A DNA stretch of 63,954 bases, counting the filler, from Stramenopiles sp. TOSAG23-2 (taxonomy: Eukaryota): NCBI GenBank assembly GCA_900128395.1. It is 3 parts of 3 records of this genome, joined end to end, with 100 filler letters (N's around TTAATTAATTAA, not from the genome) between each part and the next. Parts side by side here need not be neighbours in the genome. Positions count along the whole stretch, not along the records: positions 1 to 21,790 come from LT649529.1; 2 more parts are not named here. One strand, 5' to 3'. Numbering within the stretch: the first letter of the stretch is position 1; each line of letters opens with the position of its first letter. A model generated the notes under the pieces. The model had not been told where the DNA came from. It did not search any database and saw only the letters and a list, made by a program, of their open reading frames with translations. This document shows positions 1 through 12,177 of this stretch, piece by piece. A program made the translations under genes and the position numbers.

Positions 1-3000
1 CTAATTTATTTATACGAATATCTAATGATTTATTATGATATTCTAATGCTTCATCATATTTATTTTGTGATTCATAAACTAATCCTATATTATTATATGA
101 TGTTGCAACATCAGTATGATCTTTACCTAATTTATTTATACGAATATCTAATGATTTATTATAATATTCTAATGCTTCATCATATTTATTTTGTGCTCGA
201 TAAACTGCTCCTATATTATTATATGAACTTGCAACATCATGGTGATCTTTACCTAATTTCTTTATACGAATATCTAATGCTTTATTATGATATTCTAATG
301 CTTCATCATATTTATACTATATTATTATATGACATTGCAACATCAGTATGATCTTTACCTAATTTATTTATACGAATATCTAATGATTTTTTATAATATT
401 CTAATGCTTCATCAAATTCATTTTGTCTCCAAAAAATATTTCCAACATAATGATACGAATCACCAACATCTATATGACCTTCATCCAATACTTTCAAACG
501 TATTTTTAAACTTTTCATGCAATATTCCATTGCTTGGTCATATTTACCATTTAATTCACAAGTCCGCCCCATTCGAACATATGTCTCTCCAACATCTACA
601 TGTTCCTCCGTACCAAATTCTTTCAATTGCATTGATAATGCTTTTTCTAAATATTCCATCGATGTATTAAATTCACTTTGTTTTTCATATACATCTCCTA
701 ATTTAACAAATACTTTCATTAAATCAACACAATTTTCATATGTCTCTCCAACATCTACATGTTCCTCCGTACCAAATTCTTTCAATTGCATTGATAATGC
801 TTTTTCTAAATATTCCATCGATGTATTAAATTCACTTTGTTTTTCATATACATCTCCTAATTTAACAAATACTTTCATTAAATCAACACAATTTTCATTA
901 CCATCATTCATTTCAATAACATTTTCTTTCCATTTTAAATATATAGCAATTGCATCACGATAATCACTTTTTGCATATGCTTTATCACCACGTAAACGAT
1001 TTGCTTGAATTTTTAAATACATTGATGTTTTATTTTTCTTGGTCGTTGTTGCATCCTTATTATCACCATCACCACCACCTTCTTCTTGTTCTTGACTTTC
1101 CATATCATTTGCCATTTCATCAATATTGTTTTCCAATATTTTAATCGCATCTTTACGTTCCTCATTCGTATTATCATTTTTTTGTTCATCAACCATTTCT
1201 TTTAATGATGTTGTTAAATCATTACCGTAATCACCAACTAATTTTGCAGTTTCTTTTGCTAATTTCATTGAATCCATTGCACGATTCGTTATCGATTCTA
1301 AGACTTTCATGTAAGATTCTGTTTCAAAAACATGTTTAATCACAACATGTTCTTTTTTTAAACGTGGTTCATACGAAAAGATAATAATTTGTAATGCATC
1401 ACATATATCATTGTTATTGATAACATTATTATTAAGATAATAATTTGTAATGCATCGCATATATCATTGTTATTGATAACATTATTATTACCAGTATCAT
1501 CATCATTCACTACCCACCATAATTTCAATGCAATACGTAATGCAGTTTCACGTATTCTCCAATTACGTTTTTCCAATCGTTCTGCCATGAATGAAAACTT
1601 CGCAAATGTACTAAAATGACATAATCCTTTATGTTTTTTTGATGGATCACCATGTATTAATTTTAATCGCATATCCACATTTTCATTTGGTGTTGCTTTG
1701 AAAATTTCATATAAATCATTTAATAATTGTATATAAATTTTCCAATTTAATTTATGTGAATGTGCATAATCTAATTCTTGAAAGAAAATTTCATATGCAT
1801 CTGCTTGTGTTGGTGTTAATACGTTCTTCGGTGAGGAGGAAGAATCATCATTCACTACCCACCATAATTTCAATGCAATACGTAATGCAGTTTCACGTAT
1901 TCTCCAATTACGTTTTTCCAATCGTTCTGCCATGAATGAAAACTTCGCAAATGTACTAAAATGACATAATCCTTTATGTTTTTTTGATGGATCACCATGT
2001 ATTAATTTTAATCGCATATCCACATTTTCATTTGGTGTTGCTTTGAAAATTTCATATAAATCATTTAATAATTGTATATAAATTTTCCAATTTAATTTAT
2101 GTGAATGGCAAATGTACTAAAATGACATAATCCTTTATGTTTTTTTGATGGATCACCATGTATTAATTTTAATCGCATATCCACATTTTCATTTGGTGTT
2201 GCTTTGAAAATTTCATATAAATCATTTAATAATTGTATATAAATTTTCCAATTTAATTTATGTGAATGTGCATAATCTAATTCTTGAAAGAAAATTTCAT
2301 ATGCATCTGCTTGTGTTGGTGTTAATACGTTCTTCGGTGAGGAGGAAGACAACGTATCATTAACTAACAATTGATCAATTGTTTTTGTTAATGCTTTGTA
2401 TTGTATTAACTTTGATATCGTTTTCTTTGAAAATGATCCATGTATTTGTTCTTTTGCTACTTTTAATATACCAACACATACATTTTTTGATAATGTTTCT
2501 AATGCACCAGATATATTTAATGCTAAACATTCACTGAAAACATCCATTGCTGTATCCGATAAATTCATTTTCTCTGCAAATGACGATGTAGTTGACATTA
2601 ATTTTAATATATCTAATATATAATCAGTGAAAAAATATAATTGTGTGAAGGATAATTCTTTCGTTTCACTTGCTTGCATCCATTTAATTGACATTAATTT
2701 TAATATATCTAATATATAATCAGTGAAAAAATATAATTGTGTAAAGGATAATTCTTTCGTTTCACTTGCTTGCATCCATTTAATATGATTTGTAATAGCA
2801 TCAACCATTTCTTTATGTTTTTCCGAAGAAATTTTTAACCCAGTTGATTTATTATTTTGGAAATTAACAAATGCTAAATCTTTTAATAATATCATAATAT
2901 TTTCTTTGATTTGCTTCGTTTGATCGGTATCAATACCTTGAAATAAATCCGTTGCACATACAATATCAGACATTAAATTATTAAAATATGTGCCGATTGA

Positions 3001-3396
3001 TATAACTTGTCGTGGATCCATCTGTATAATGTTGTTAACATTTTCTACGGCATCGTTGTAGGTAGCTGGGGATGCAATATTTGTTTTAAAAGCTTCAAAT
3101 AATTGATCAAATTTATTTGTTATCTCTTGTGATTTTTGTATTTTTTTAGATGGTGATTCCATGCTTGTTGTACTTGTTGCTTCTTTTTGTATATTATCGT
3201 CTTTTAACGTTGATAATTGGTAATGTATATATTGTTTCACTTTTTCATCTGTTGTTAACGTTTCTGCTTTTTCGTAAGATGCAATTGCATTTTGTACGTC
3301 CTTATTTTTGATTTGTGTTTCTGCTGCGTTAAATAATTGTTTAACAATTGGATTTGTTGGTGTAACTTTTGCAGGTGTTGAGTTTCCTGATCCCAT
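1..3396 (-). CDS. N-myristoylation-motif protein with helical region and C-terminal 42-aa TPR array; 3'-partial, broken by local duplications and a 20-bp deletion
   Basis: ORFs 2092..3396, 1358..2023 and 312..1460 join into one reading frame once the duplicated blocks are removed. It starts MGSGNS. The 126-bp repeats (KDHxDVAxSYNNIGxVYxxQNKYDEALEYxNKSLDIRINKLG) continue to base 1. One repeat period is 106 bp instead of 126 bp (GCAACATC at 337, 231, 105), which creates the stop at 312. Confidence 0.75.
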
Positions 3397-3728
3397 GTTG
3401 TTATTAATTTCTGTGTTTATGTATGTTGTATGTAAATATTTGTTGCTTATATATTGTATGAATCTTGCTGAATATTATATTTGTATGTATATATTCCCGT
3501 TCGTTGCTTTCAACTTCACTTAAAGATAATTAATGATGAAAATTTGCCAATTAAATGTTTAATGTTTAAAAAAAAAAATTAGAACTTGATTTCTTTTTTT
3601 TTCGTCGATAAATATGTTTTTGTTATGTATAATATGATGATTCAATAAATTAAAGATTACAAATAAATATATATATTAACGATATATTCTACATCATTTC
3701 TATCTCCTGCATCTATATATCCTATCGA

Positions 3729-4663
3729 TAGGGGTGCAAAAAGGTGGGTCACAGTATTCACCTGCTATATATACAATAGATATAGCATACAAGATAGACA
3801 TACCATTGTAAATGTTTGATAGATATATTACAGGTATTTAGTATAGCCATAAGTATGAAGTGATTCACGGCAAGAACCAAGAATTGGAATGCAGGAGATT
3901 TTCGCAACTTTCGTGTTGTAGCCAAAAGTCATATATAGATATTGACTATATTTATGTTTAAATGCATCCAATTGCGAAAATGGACTGATAAAATTAATGA
4001 CAGTAGCCAATGGTATGTACCTAGTAAATAAATATAATATAGTAGAAGTGATTCACGGCAAGAACCAAGAATTGGAATGCAGGAGATTTTCGCAACTTTC
4101 GTTTTGTAGCCAAAAACCATATATCAATATCTAATAATTTATGTTATAAGCATCAAATTGCGAAAATGGACTGATAAAATTAATGACAGTAGCCAATGGT
4201 ATGTACCTAGTAAATAAATATAATATAGTAATACCATTACAATGCTATGTAGTGTATATACCACTATAGCAGGTGAATACTGTGACCCACCTTTTTGCAC
4301 CCCAATAGGACTGTACTGGCATAGCTCCCAGGCATACTGGCATACTGGCATAGTCTACCACCTGGTGGTAGTCTATTAATACCAGCATACATACATTCCA
4401 GCAGTATTTATACCAGGTAATAGCTATTTATGATTTAATAATTCCAAAATAATGTCTTTTTTTTATTTTACTCATCAAGAAGAAAAGATGAAATCTTTTT
4501 TTAAAAAGGTACTCCTGAAAATTTATATAAGTATACGGAGTATAAGATTTTTGTTTGGATAAACAAATAGATAAACAAAAATATAGTAATACCATTACAA
4601 TGCTATGTAGTGTATATACCACTATAGCAGGTGAATACTGTGACCCACCTTTTTGCACCCCTA
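3729..4663. mobile_element. Non-autonomous DNA transposon/MITE-like element with ~41-bp terminal inverted repeats and a duplicated right end
   Basis: TAGGGGTGCAAAAAGGTGGGTCACAGTATTCACCTGCTATA at 3729-3769 has reverse complements at 4265-4303 and 4623-4663. Internal direct repeats lie at 3857/4045 and 3970/4157. No coding capacity and no clear TSD. Confidence 0.6.
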
Positions 4664-4980
4664 TAGGATATATATCAGGGACGGAGGGAAGGCGAGGTGC
4701 ATTTTTATTTAAGTCATATTTACATCAGCTTTGTTCATTTTATCATGTTGAAAATGTAATGTAGAAATAGTGAGAGTTTGTGTAGGGGGATTAAATATAT
4801 GTCAACATTGAGAACTCCACCGCTTCACCGATGCACCAACTTTAAAAAGATGTTAGTGCTATTTAAATGCTATTCAATCAATGCTATTGCTATGCTATTC
4901 CACAAATATTGGTGACTAAGTTGGATGTATGTCGTTCTTTGGTACACTTACAACTTTTAAAACTATATAAAATGATAGAC

Positions 4981-5293
4981 ATTTTAATCCACATAACACT
5001 ACAATAAGGCATACTTACTACAAACATCTAATCATAAGTTGATAGGTATTTTACTCCACATAACACTACAAGCAGGCATACTTACTACAAACATCTAATC
5101 ATAAGTTGATAGGTATTTTACTCCACATAACACTACAAGCAGGCATACTTAACACAAATATCTAATCATAAGTTGATAGGCATTTTAATCCACATATCAC
5201 TACAATAAGGCATATACTTACCACAAACCACAAATATCTAATCATAAGTTGATAGGAATTATAATCCACATCACACTACAATAAGTCATACTT
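4981..5293. repeat. 67-bp minisatellite, ~4.5 copies
   Basis: Units start at 4981, 5048, 5115, 5182 and 5258 (ATTTTAMTCCACATAACACTACAA...CTAATCATAAGTTGATAGG), with scattered substitutions. Confidence 0.9.
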
Positions 5294-5384
5294 GTACCCA
5301 TACCGTTATTTAACAACAACAAATATCGTGATCATTCCTGTATTATATTTATTTATTTAATCTACACACATGTACACATTTACA

Positions 5385-5750
5385 TTAGATGGATGGATTG
5401 ATGAGAGATAGACCGTGTACATGCAGAGAAAAATCCAGGTATTGCAGGTCGATTGATTGCAGGTTTGGTTGATTAATTGCAGATTGATTGATTGATTGGT
5501 TAATTGCAGATTGACAGAGGCAGAGAGTTCCAACCAGATAGTAAAATAGTAAAATAGATAGATTGATTCAGATAGATTAATTCAGATCGATTGGTTGATC
5601 GATTGGTTGAAAGGTAGATTGAGATACCAAGGTAGTTCCAGATAGTTCCAAACAGTACCAGATCAGATCGATTGGTTCAGATTCATTGATTGGGATAAGC
5701 TGTTCAATCCACCAGATAGTTTCAGAATACCTCGATCCAGATAGACAGAT
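5385..5750. repeat. Degenerate (GATT/GATA/GGTT)n simple-sequence tract
   Basis: Runs of gattgatt, gatagatt, gattggtt and ccagatag. Confidence 0.7.
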
Positions 5751-5782
5751 CGTTATAGCGTACCTCCTTCACCGTACACAAT

Positions 5783-7465
5783 ATGTTAAATTTAGGATAT
5801 CGTGATCGATCGAAAGTAATAATAGCATGTGTATCAGAACAAGAATTAAAACAACAAGAGGAGGAAAAGAAAGAACAAGAACGTAAACGAAAAGAACGAG
5901 AAAATACAAATCATGTCATCGATGGTGTCAAACAATTAAGAAATTTATTAACAACCATTGAAGATGGGGATGCATATAAAAAACGTGGTGCACGTACTGT
6001 ATCAAAAGAATTAGCAAAATATGCAAATAAAACGTTAGAAGATCCAAATAATCAACACAATGATGGTAATGGGAAACAATATTATAATAATATATCAACA
6101 AAAAGTCCATTGCATTTATTAAACCAAATCCGAGGCAATCAATTAGAACATAATAAACAAATCATAAATATTGTAAAGCAATCGTATCGATCCTTTAGTA
6201 ACAATATAAATCGGAATAACAACAATGCCATGGAAAAAATTGATGATAATGATCAAACATTTATAGATAAATTAATTGTAAATAATAATATTAATGACAT
6301 GTTTCCAAGTGATAATAATAATGATAATAATAATAATAATATCAACCAAGATGATAACAACAACACCCAACTAGACATACACGAGCGGGAAACAGTATCA
6401 ACTGACAACAACGACAATGACAATAAAAGTATAACAAGTGAATCATCCATAACAACTCCACAAAAAAGAATGCGATTGCCAACACTTCGTACATTAAACA
6501 AATCTGAACGAAAACATTTAAGAGGGATTACCTATAAAAACTAAAATTGGTGCCTTTAAGAAAATACGTTACCGTGCATCTCGAGCATTAAGAATTCGTT
6601 CGGCAAAAAAGGAAATGAAAGAATTTGATAAAGCAGCAGAAGATAAAAAAATGGAGATGGATTATTCAGATCGTTTATATGCAGAGAGTAAAATGTACGT
6701 AGCGCCAATTAAAACACAAAGCTGGGAAAAATCATTTCAAGAAATAGAATTGCTACGCACTGTATCAGAATGGGAATGGTTACGTGATTTAGCAACAGGT
6801 AAAAAATATTGGATCAATGTAAAGACTGATGAACGAAGACAATTCAAACCTGTTGAATTTGTAACTTGGAAGGATCAATTGCATTATTTTACAATACATA
6901 TGTTGAGAGAACAATATAAACGGTATACGATAACGGACTATGAAATAGCAGAAGCGGTATGTATTACTGCATGTAATATACTTCTATTACCTATGTGCAT
7001 ACATATACATATATACATACATAACTAACAATAAGATACATTGATCGAACTATGAAATAGGATTGGTTTACTATCAAGAAGCAGGAAAAAGTGTTAACAC
7101 CAGAAGAGATCGCTAGGAAAGAAGCAGCAACATGGAAAGAAGGATTTGATGAAGAGAAACAAATGCCATTTTGGTCTCGTGTTGTCGTAGTGAAACCACA
7201 ATTTGATGATGAGGACATTGAAATAGAAGATTTACCAACAAAAAAAGAAATCGTATGGGAAAAACCATTAGAGTTATTAACACCAGAGGATAGAAAGAAA
7301 AAATTAGCTGAAATAAACGAAGAGAAGTTACAAAAAGATGCGGACGAGAAATTGAGAATTGAAAACGAACAAAAACAAAAATTAAGATTAAGAGAACTTG
7401 AACGCAAAAAAGCAAAACGTGGTGGAAGAGGTGGAAGAAGAGGAGGTCGTGGCGGGAGAAGGTAA
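5783..7465 (+). CDS. WW-domain coiled-coil protein with RGG tail; one intron (6957-7060) and an apparent frameshift near 6536-6540
   Basis: WW motif EWEWLRDLATGKKYWINVKTDERRQFKP plus a second WW-like segment ending WEKP. Intron GTATGT...ACTAAC...TAG (phase 0) joins the 6615 ORF to the 7091 frame (EIAEA|DWFTIKK). The frame of 6615 stays open back through the A-run at 6536-6540. Confidence 0.65.
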
Positions 7466-7795
7466 ACAACATCTCTCCCTTTTTCGAAAAAGATAATAAA
7501 ATTTTGATTTTTTTAAAAAAGTGGTCAATAATTCAATAAATACCGGAGATGTACTTGTACTTGAAACTTGAAGAGGCACGGCCCGATGTACATTGTCGTA
7601 ATTTTTAAAAATTAAAGAAAAAAGAAAAAATGTAAAAAAATGTGCGTGTGGTTTTAAAAAAAAAAGTGTTTTGTTAAAAATAAAAATCTCTCCCTCTCGA
7701 TTTATTGATTTAAAATTTATATTTTCTTTTTATAATACATCACCCGGCCTCCCCGCTCCCCGGCCGAAATCATCAGCCTAGAGATATCCCTTTTT

Positions 7796-9589
7796 TTAGC
7801 TTCTCAAACCATTTTGCCATGAATCTGTACCATCAGCCACTTCTTTACGATGTTCAATTGCTTCCCGGTGCTTCAATTTTATGTATTTTTTCCTCATGAA
7901 ACTATCTCGATGTTCTTTGAAATCTTTTACTTCGTTTTTGCTTCGTAAAAATTTTTGTACCCACATTCCATCCGGACCAGCATGTCGCTTTTCCAATCGG
8001 TTTATTTCTTGATCAGCAATAAATAATGCACGTTTAGAGAAGGATTTACCTGTAACATCCCATAAAAAATTCAATATATGTTTTGATTTTACACGATGTG
8101 TATTCCATAATTTTCGTAATAATTGTTTATCTACTCTGCCATAATTAGTACCTTGTTGTTGCTGTTGCCGTGTTATGTATTCAACATTTAATGCATCATC
8201 ATCATCATCATCCATTGAATTACCATCAACAATGCCACCATATTTATTTAATACAATAAAATTCGTTCGATCTTCTTCATCTGTTAAATTAATATCAGCA
8301 TTTAACATCAATTGCAATGTTTTATTTCGTTCTATTGTATGACTTAATTCCCGTTGTAATCGTAAATTTTGTTCCAATGTATCAGCAGTAGCTTCAATAG
8401 TTTGTTTCATTTCATATTCACTATCCCTTACATTCTTTTCCATTTGATGGTCAAAATCTCGTGCCATTTTATTTGAAACTAAATGTACTTTACGATTTAA
8501 AAGCGCCTTTGCTTCCTCGATTGATGCAACTGTCACACGTTGCTCTGCATCAATTAATTGTTCATATTGATTGGATATTTGATTTTCTATTTTTATTCGC
8601 ATGTTATTGATTCTATCTTCATATTCATGAATGGATTGTTTTATTTTATTTAATTCCTTTCTTTTAGATTCTATCATATTTCGATTTCGATGTTTTTTAA
8701 TATATAACAAAAAAGATAATTGTTTTATATTTCGTTCTAAGGTTGATGTGTTGTTATTGTTATTATTTACAGCATTTTGTTTTTTTGGCGATTCGAAAAA
8801 TTGAAGTGACGAAGAGGATTTCTTCTTCTTATTATTATTAGACGATGTTGTCCTAATATTGTTCATACTTATTAGGCGTTCCAATTGATTGACTTCTGAT
8901 AATAAACTTAAATATTCATTATAATGTTTTACTTTCTCAGTGTATTTATTATTACTTCTTTTCATCATCGTATCGATTGTTTTTGTATTATAATAATGTT
9001 TCAGTGTTAAGCCTTTTATAATTGTTGTTTGATATTCATTATATAACGATGTAAGTAAACTGTTTAAATGACCAAATTTTTCGATACTACTAATACTTGG
9101 TATTGATTGTGGTATTGTGTGCTTTCTTTCATCCCGGTTATCATCAAAAGGCACCAAGACTGCAGTGGATGACGCTGTAATCGTGTTTAATTTTAATCTT
9201 GAATAATATTGATGTTGTAAATGTTTTAATGTATTTATTTTTTTAATTTTTTTATTTATATTGGTTTTCAGTTTATATGTGCTATATATATATATATATA
9301 TTGTTTTGTTTTTTTGGTGGTGTTAGAATTTAACTATAGTGATAAGAGATAGAATACAGATTCATACTTACATTGTGGATGGAGGAGATGTTGGTGGTGT
9401 ACGTGAAGGTGTACTTGAACGTGATGTTGTCATATTTGTTTTCCTTGTTATTATTATCGGTGTTGTTTGTGGTTTAAATGGTGGAATCGATGGTGGTAAC
9501 ACTGTTGGTTCATTTTGTTGTTGTACATGATCTTCTTTATTATTATTATTATTATGATATACTTCGTCAAAAATCATATGATCCTCCAT
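7796..9589 (-). CDS. Coiled-coil protein of unknown function, two exons (intron 9282-9371)
   Basis: GTAAGT donor at 9371, CTAAC branch point near 9324 and TAG acceptor at 9282. Splicing joins ORF 9368..9589 in frame to 7796..9157 (PPSTI TYKLKTN...). Confidence 0.75.
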
Positions 9590-10106
9590 GGTGTATGCTA
9601 TATATCTATCTATGTATATATATATATATAGCGAGTCTGAATTGAATGTTTATCGATGTATGTATGTATGGAAGAAGTTGTATCAAAGTATAATTACTAT
9701 ATATGTCTATTGGCAGTTTAAGTTTAATATCTATATTATATCTATCTTATATTCAATACTTCTTTTACTTTATTATAACTACTTTTTGTGTTGTTTGTTT
9801 GTTTTTTTGTTGTGCACTTGTGTCTTGTGTCTAAGTTTAAAAAAAAAGGCTGTTCGCCCTATCAAAATTAAAATGACAATAAGGAATAAGTTGTACTTGA
9901 AAGGTAAAAAATACCCAAAACACAAAACAAAACAAAAAATACTCATTTCCTATATTAAATACTTTATATATATATATATACAATGTTTCTGTATCAAAAT
10001 GTTTGTATGATCAATCATAGGATTGTATAATTTGTATATATGTGGATAATATTTGACGTAGTAATAATAAAGAGTGAAGGTTGAAAGACAATTATTTCAA
10101 AAAATA

Positions 10107-11141
10107 ATGGATCATGAAAAAATAAAAAATAATGATGATGTTGTTCAAAATAATGTGGAAGAATTATTCAATTTTTTCAAGCAACTGCCCCCATTTTTCA
10201 AAAGGCAATATTTGATCAATATTATTCAATACATATCAAATGATTACATCTCGTTATTTAACTTCTTATTGACTGGTATGTTTCGTAAAGATCATTGTAA
10301 AAATAATCATCTAGGCAATAGTCCTATATCCACCCATGAAAACAAGGATGCAAATCTTAATGTACATACCTCTTCAAAATCAACATCATCAAAATCAACA
10401 TTATATAATGTAATTCAAAACACACTTAATACAATAAAACAAAATAAAATAAATAAAATCAAAGCAGAATATAAAGAAAAATATCCATACGGGAATCCAA
10501 TTGTTGTCTTTTGTGAACAAAACAAACTATCATATCTCAAATTATTTGAAGGATTATACGATGTACATACAATATCTAAAAATTCATATGGAAATAGTCG
10601 TTGGAGTTTATTAATGATTAGTGCTTACCATGGCTATATTGATTTAATTACGTATTTATTATCAAATCATGAAAACATTAACGTAAATCAAACTGATCGT
10701 ACAGGTTCTACTGTATTTCATATTGCATCATATTTTAATAAACATGAAAGCATTCAATGCATTTTAAATTGGGCACGGAAAAATCATGTAATATGTAATA
10801 TTGATCATATATCTAAACGTGGTGTGAAAGCAATTGAAGTTGCTAAATCACGATTTCATGTAGAAACAATTGAATTATTACGTGAATATTCATTAGAAAT
10901 CAAACAAGTGATGATTGCATCGGCAGCTGCAAATAATAATAAATCAAATAGAATGAAGAAGAATGAAGATGGAAAACAACATGATGCCTTGCATATCCAT
11001 GCCCCATCTGATATGATGAAACTGATTAACAATATGAATGATCAAGCACGACGATTGAAAATAAGAAAACAAAAAGAGGAACTTGAAGCACAACATGATA
11101 TTGAAACTATCAATAGCTTATTCAAAGAGACATATTTATAG
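10107..11141 (+). CDS. Ankyrin-repeat protein
   Basis: Three ankyrin-like repeats (SLLMISAYHGYIDLITYLL; GSTVFHIASYF; GVKAIEVAKSRFHVETIELL). First ATG at 10107. Confidence 0.8.
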   Translation: MDHEKIKNNDDVVQNNVEELFNFFKQLPPFFKRQYLINIIQYISNDYISLFNFLLTGMFRKDHCKNNHLGNSPISTHENKDANLNVHTSSKSTSSKSTLYNVIQNTLNTIKQNKINKIKAEYKEKYPYGNPIVVFCEQNKLSYLKLFEGLYDVHTISKNSYGNSRWSLLMISAYHGYIDLITYLLSNHENINVNQTDRTGSTVFHIASYFNKHESIQCILNWARKNHVICNIDHISKRGVKAIEVAKSRFHVETIELLREYSLEIKQVMIASAAANNNKSNRMKKNEDGKQHDALHIHAPSDMMKLINNMNDQARRLKIRKQKEELEAQHDIETINSLFKETYL

Positions 11142-11628
11142 TATAATATAATATATAATATTGGTCGGTAAATTGATGTTGTAGATTTACATCCTCCATT
11201 ATAGAAGACTTAGACACCTTTTGATAGTGGAAAAATCTTTTTAAAACGCATGGAAATGTGGTGGTGTTTATTTTGTGGCATGGAACCTTCCTCTTGATTT
11301 CATTCTCTACATGTATAAGTGTGGGATGTGCGTCCTTTTGAAGTGTGTGTGTGTAAAAAATTTTCTATAACAATTATTATTATAAATACTATATACTACA
11401 TTAACATGTACTTGATATTTTTTGATTGAATTTGAATTACAAAAGTCTATTATTTATTAATACATTCCGTCCTATATTAATATTAATATCGATAGAAAGA
11501 GAGCACAATGGGGAAAATATATATTTGCATGTGTACGAAAATATATAAATACACCAGACTTGATATTTATACAATAACATACAAAGTGTAAGATTGATAT
11601 AAGTATAGTACCCGCACAAAGAAACAAC

Positions 11629-11784
11629 ATGTCGTATACACCATTATTAGCTGTGAAATATGATGATTCACATGAAAATATATTTACATTATTAGGTTAT
11701 ATCGTCGGAATATCATTTATATTGGCATTAATTATATTTGTAACTTGGATTTATTTTTGTGAAGACAAAGAAAAAGACGAATAA
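11629..11784 (+). CDS. Candidate 51-aa single-pass membrane microprotein
   Basis: MSYTPLLAVKYDDSHENIFTLLGYIVGISFILALIIFVTWIYFCEDKEKDE*. It has an ACAACATG start context and is below the ORF-track cutoff. Confidence 0.5.
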   Translation: MSYTPLLAVKYDDSHENIFTLLGYIVGISFILALIIFVTWIYFCEDKEKDE

Positions 11785-12177
11785 TCTGTTGATTCATCAC
11801 ACCGTATGTATATGTAAATTTTGTCGTTTAGTATGCGTTTCATTTCATCGCAATAGGGTATATACATCTGCAAAAAAATAATTGTTTTTACATTCATATT
11901 CCGTCTAATTTATCAAAAATATTTTGTAAATTTGTAATCTCATTGATGATTCTCATAGTTGTTGTTGAGGGGGAGTGGGATTCAACGGGTGTGCTTCAAG
12001 CTTCAAGGATTAAAATGAAGAATGTAATAAGATTGATATCAAGTGTTATTTTATTTATAATATCTATCTAGATTATTTTACTCTCCCCTCCTCCTCCCTT
12101 TCTTACAAATTATAACGCTCACCGTGTGAAACCCTCCACTCCAGCTTTTTTTCCTTCATCTTAAAACTATCACAAGA

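Noticed and set aside
25-1144. Repetitive plus-strand ORFs (25..351, 329..670, 517..963; also 21360..21842)
   Set aside because: Antisense shadows of the TPR repeats. The same applies to most short ORFs opposite long genes.
4981-5293. Possible CRISPR array
   Set aside because: The whole 67-bp unit repeats, with no unique spacers, no cas genes and a eukaryotic context.
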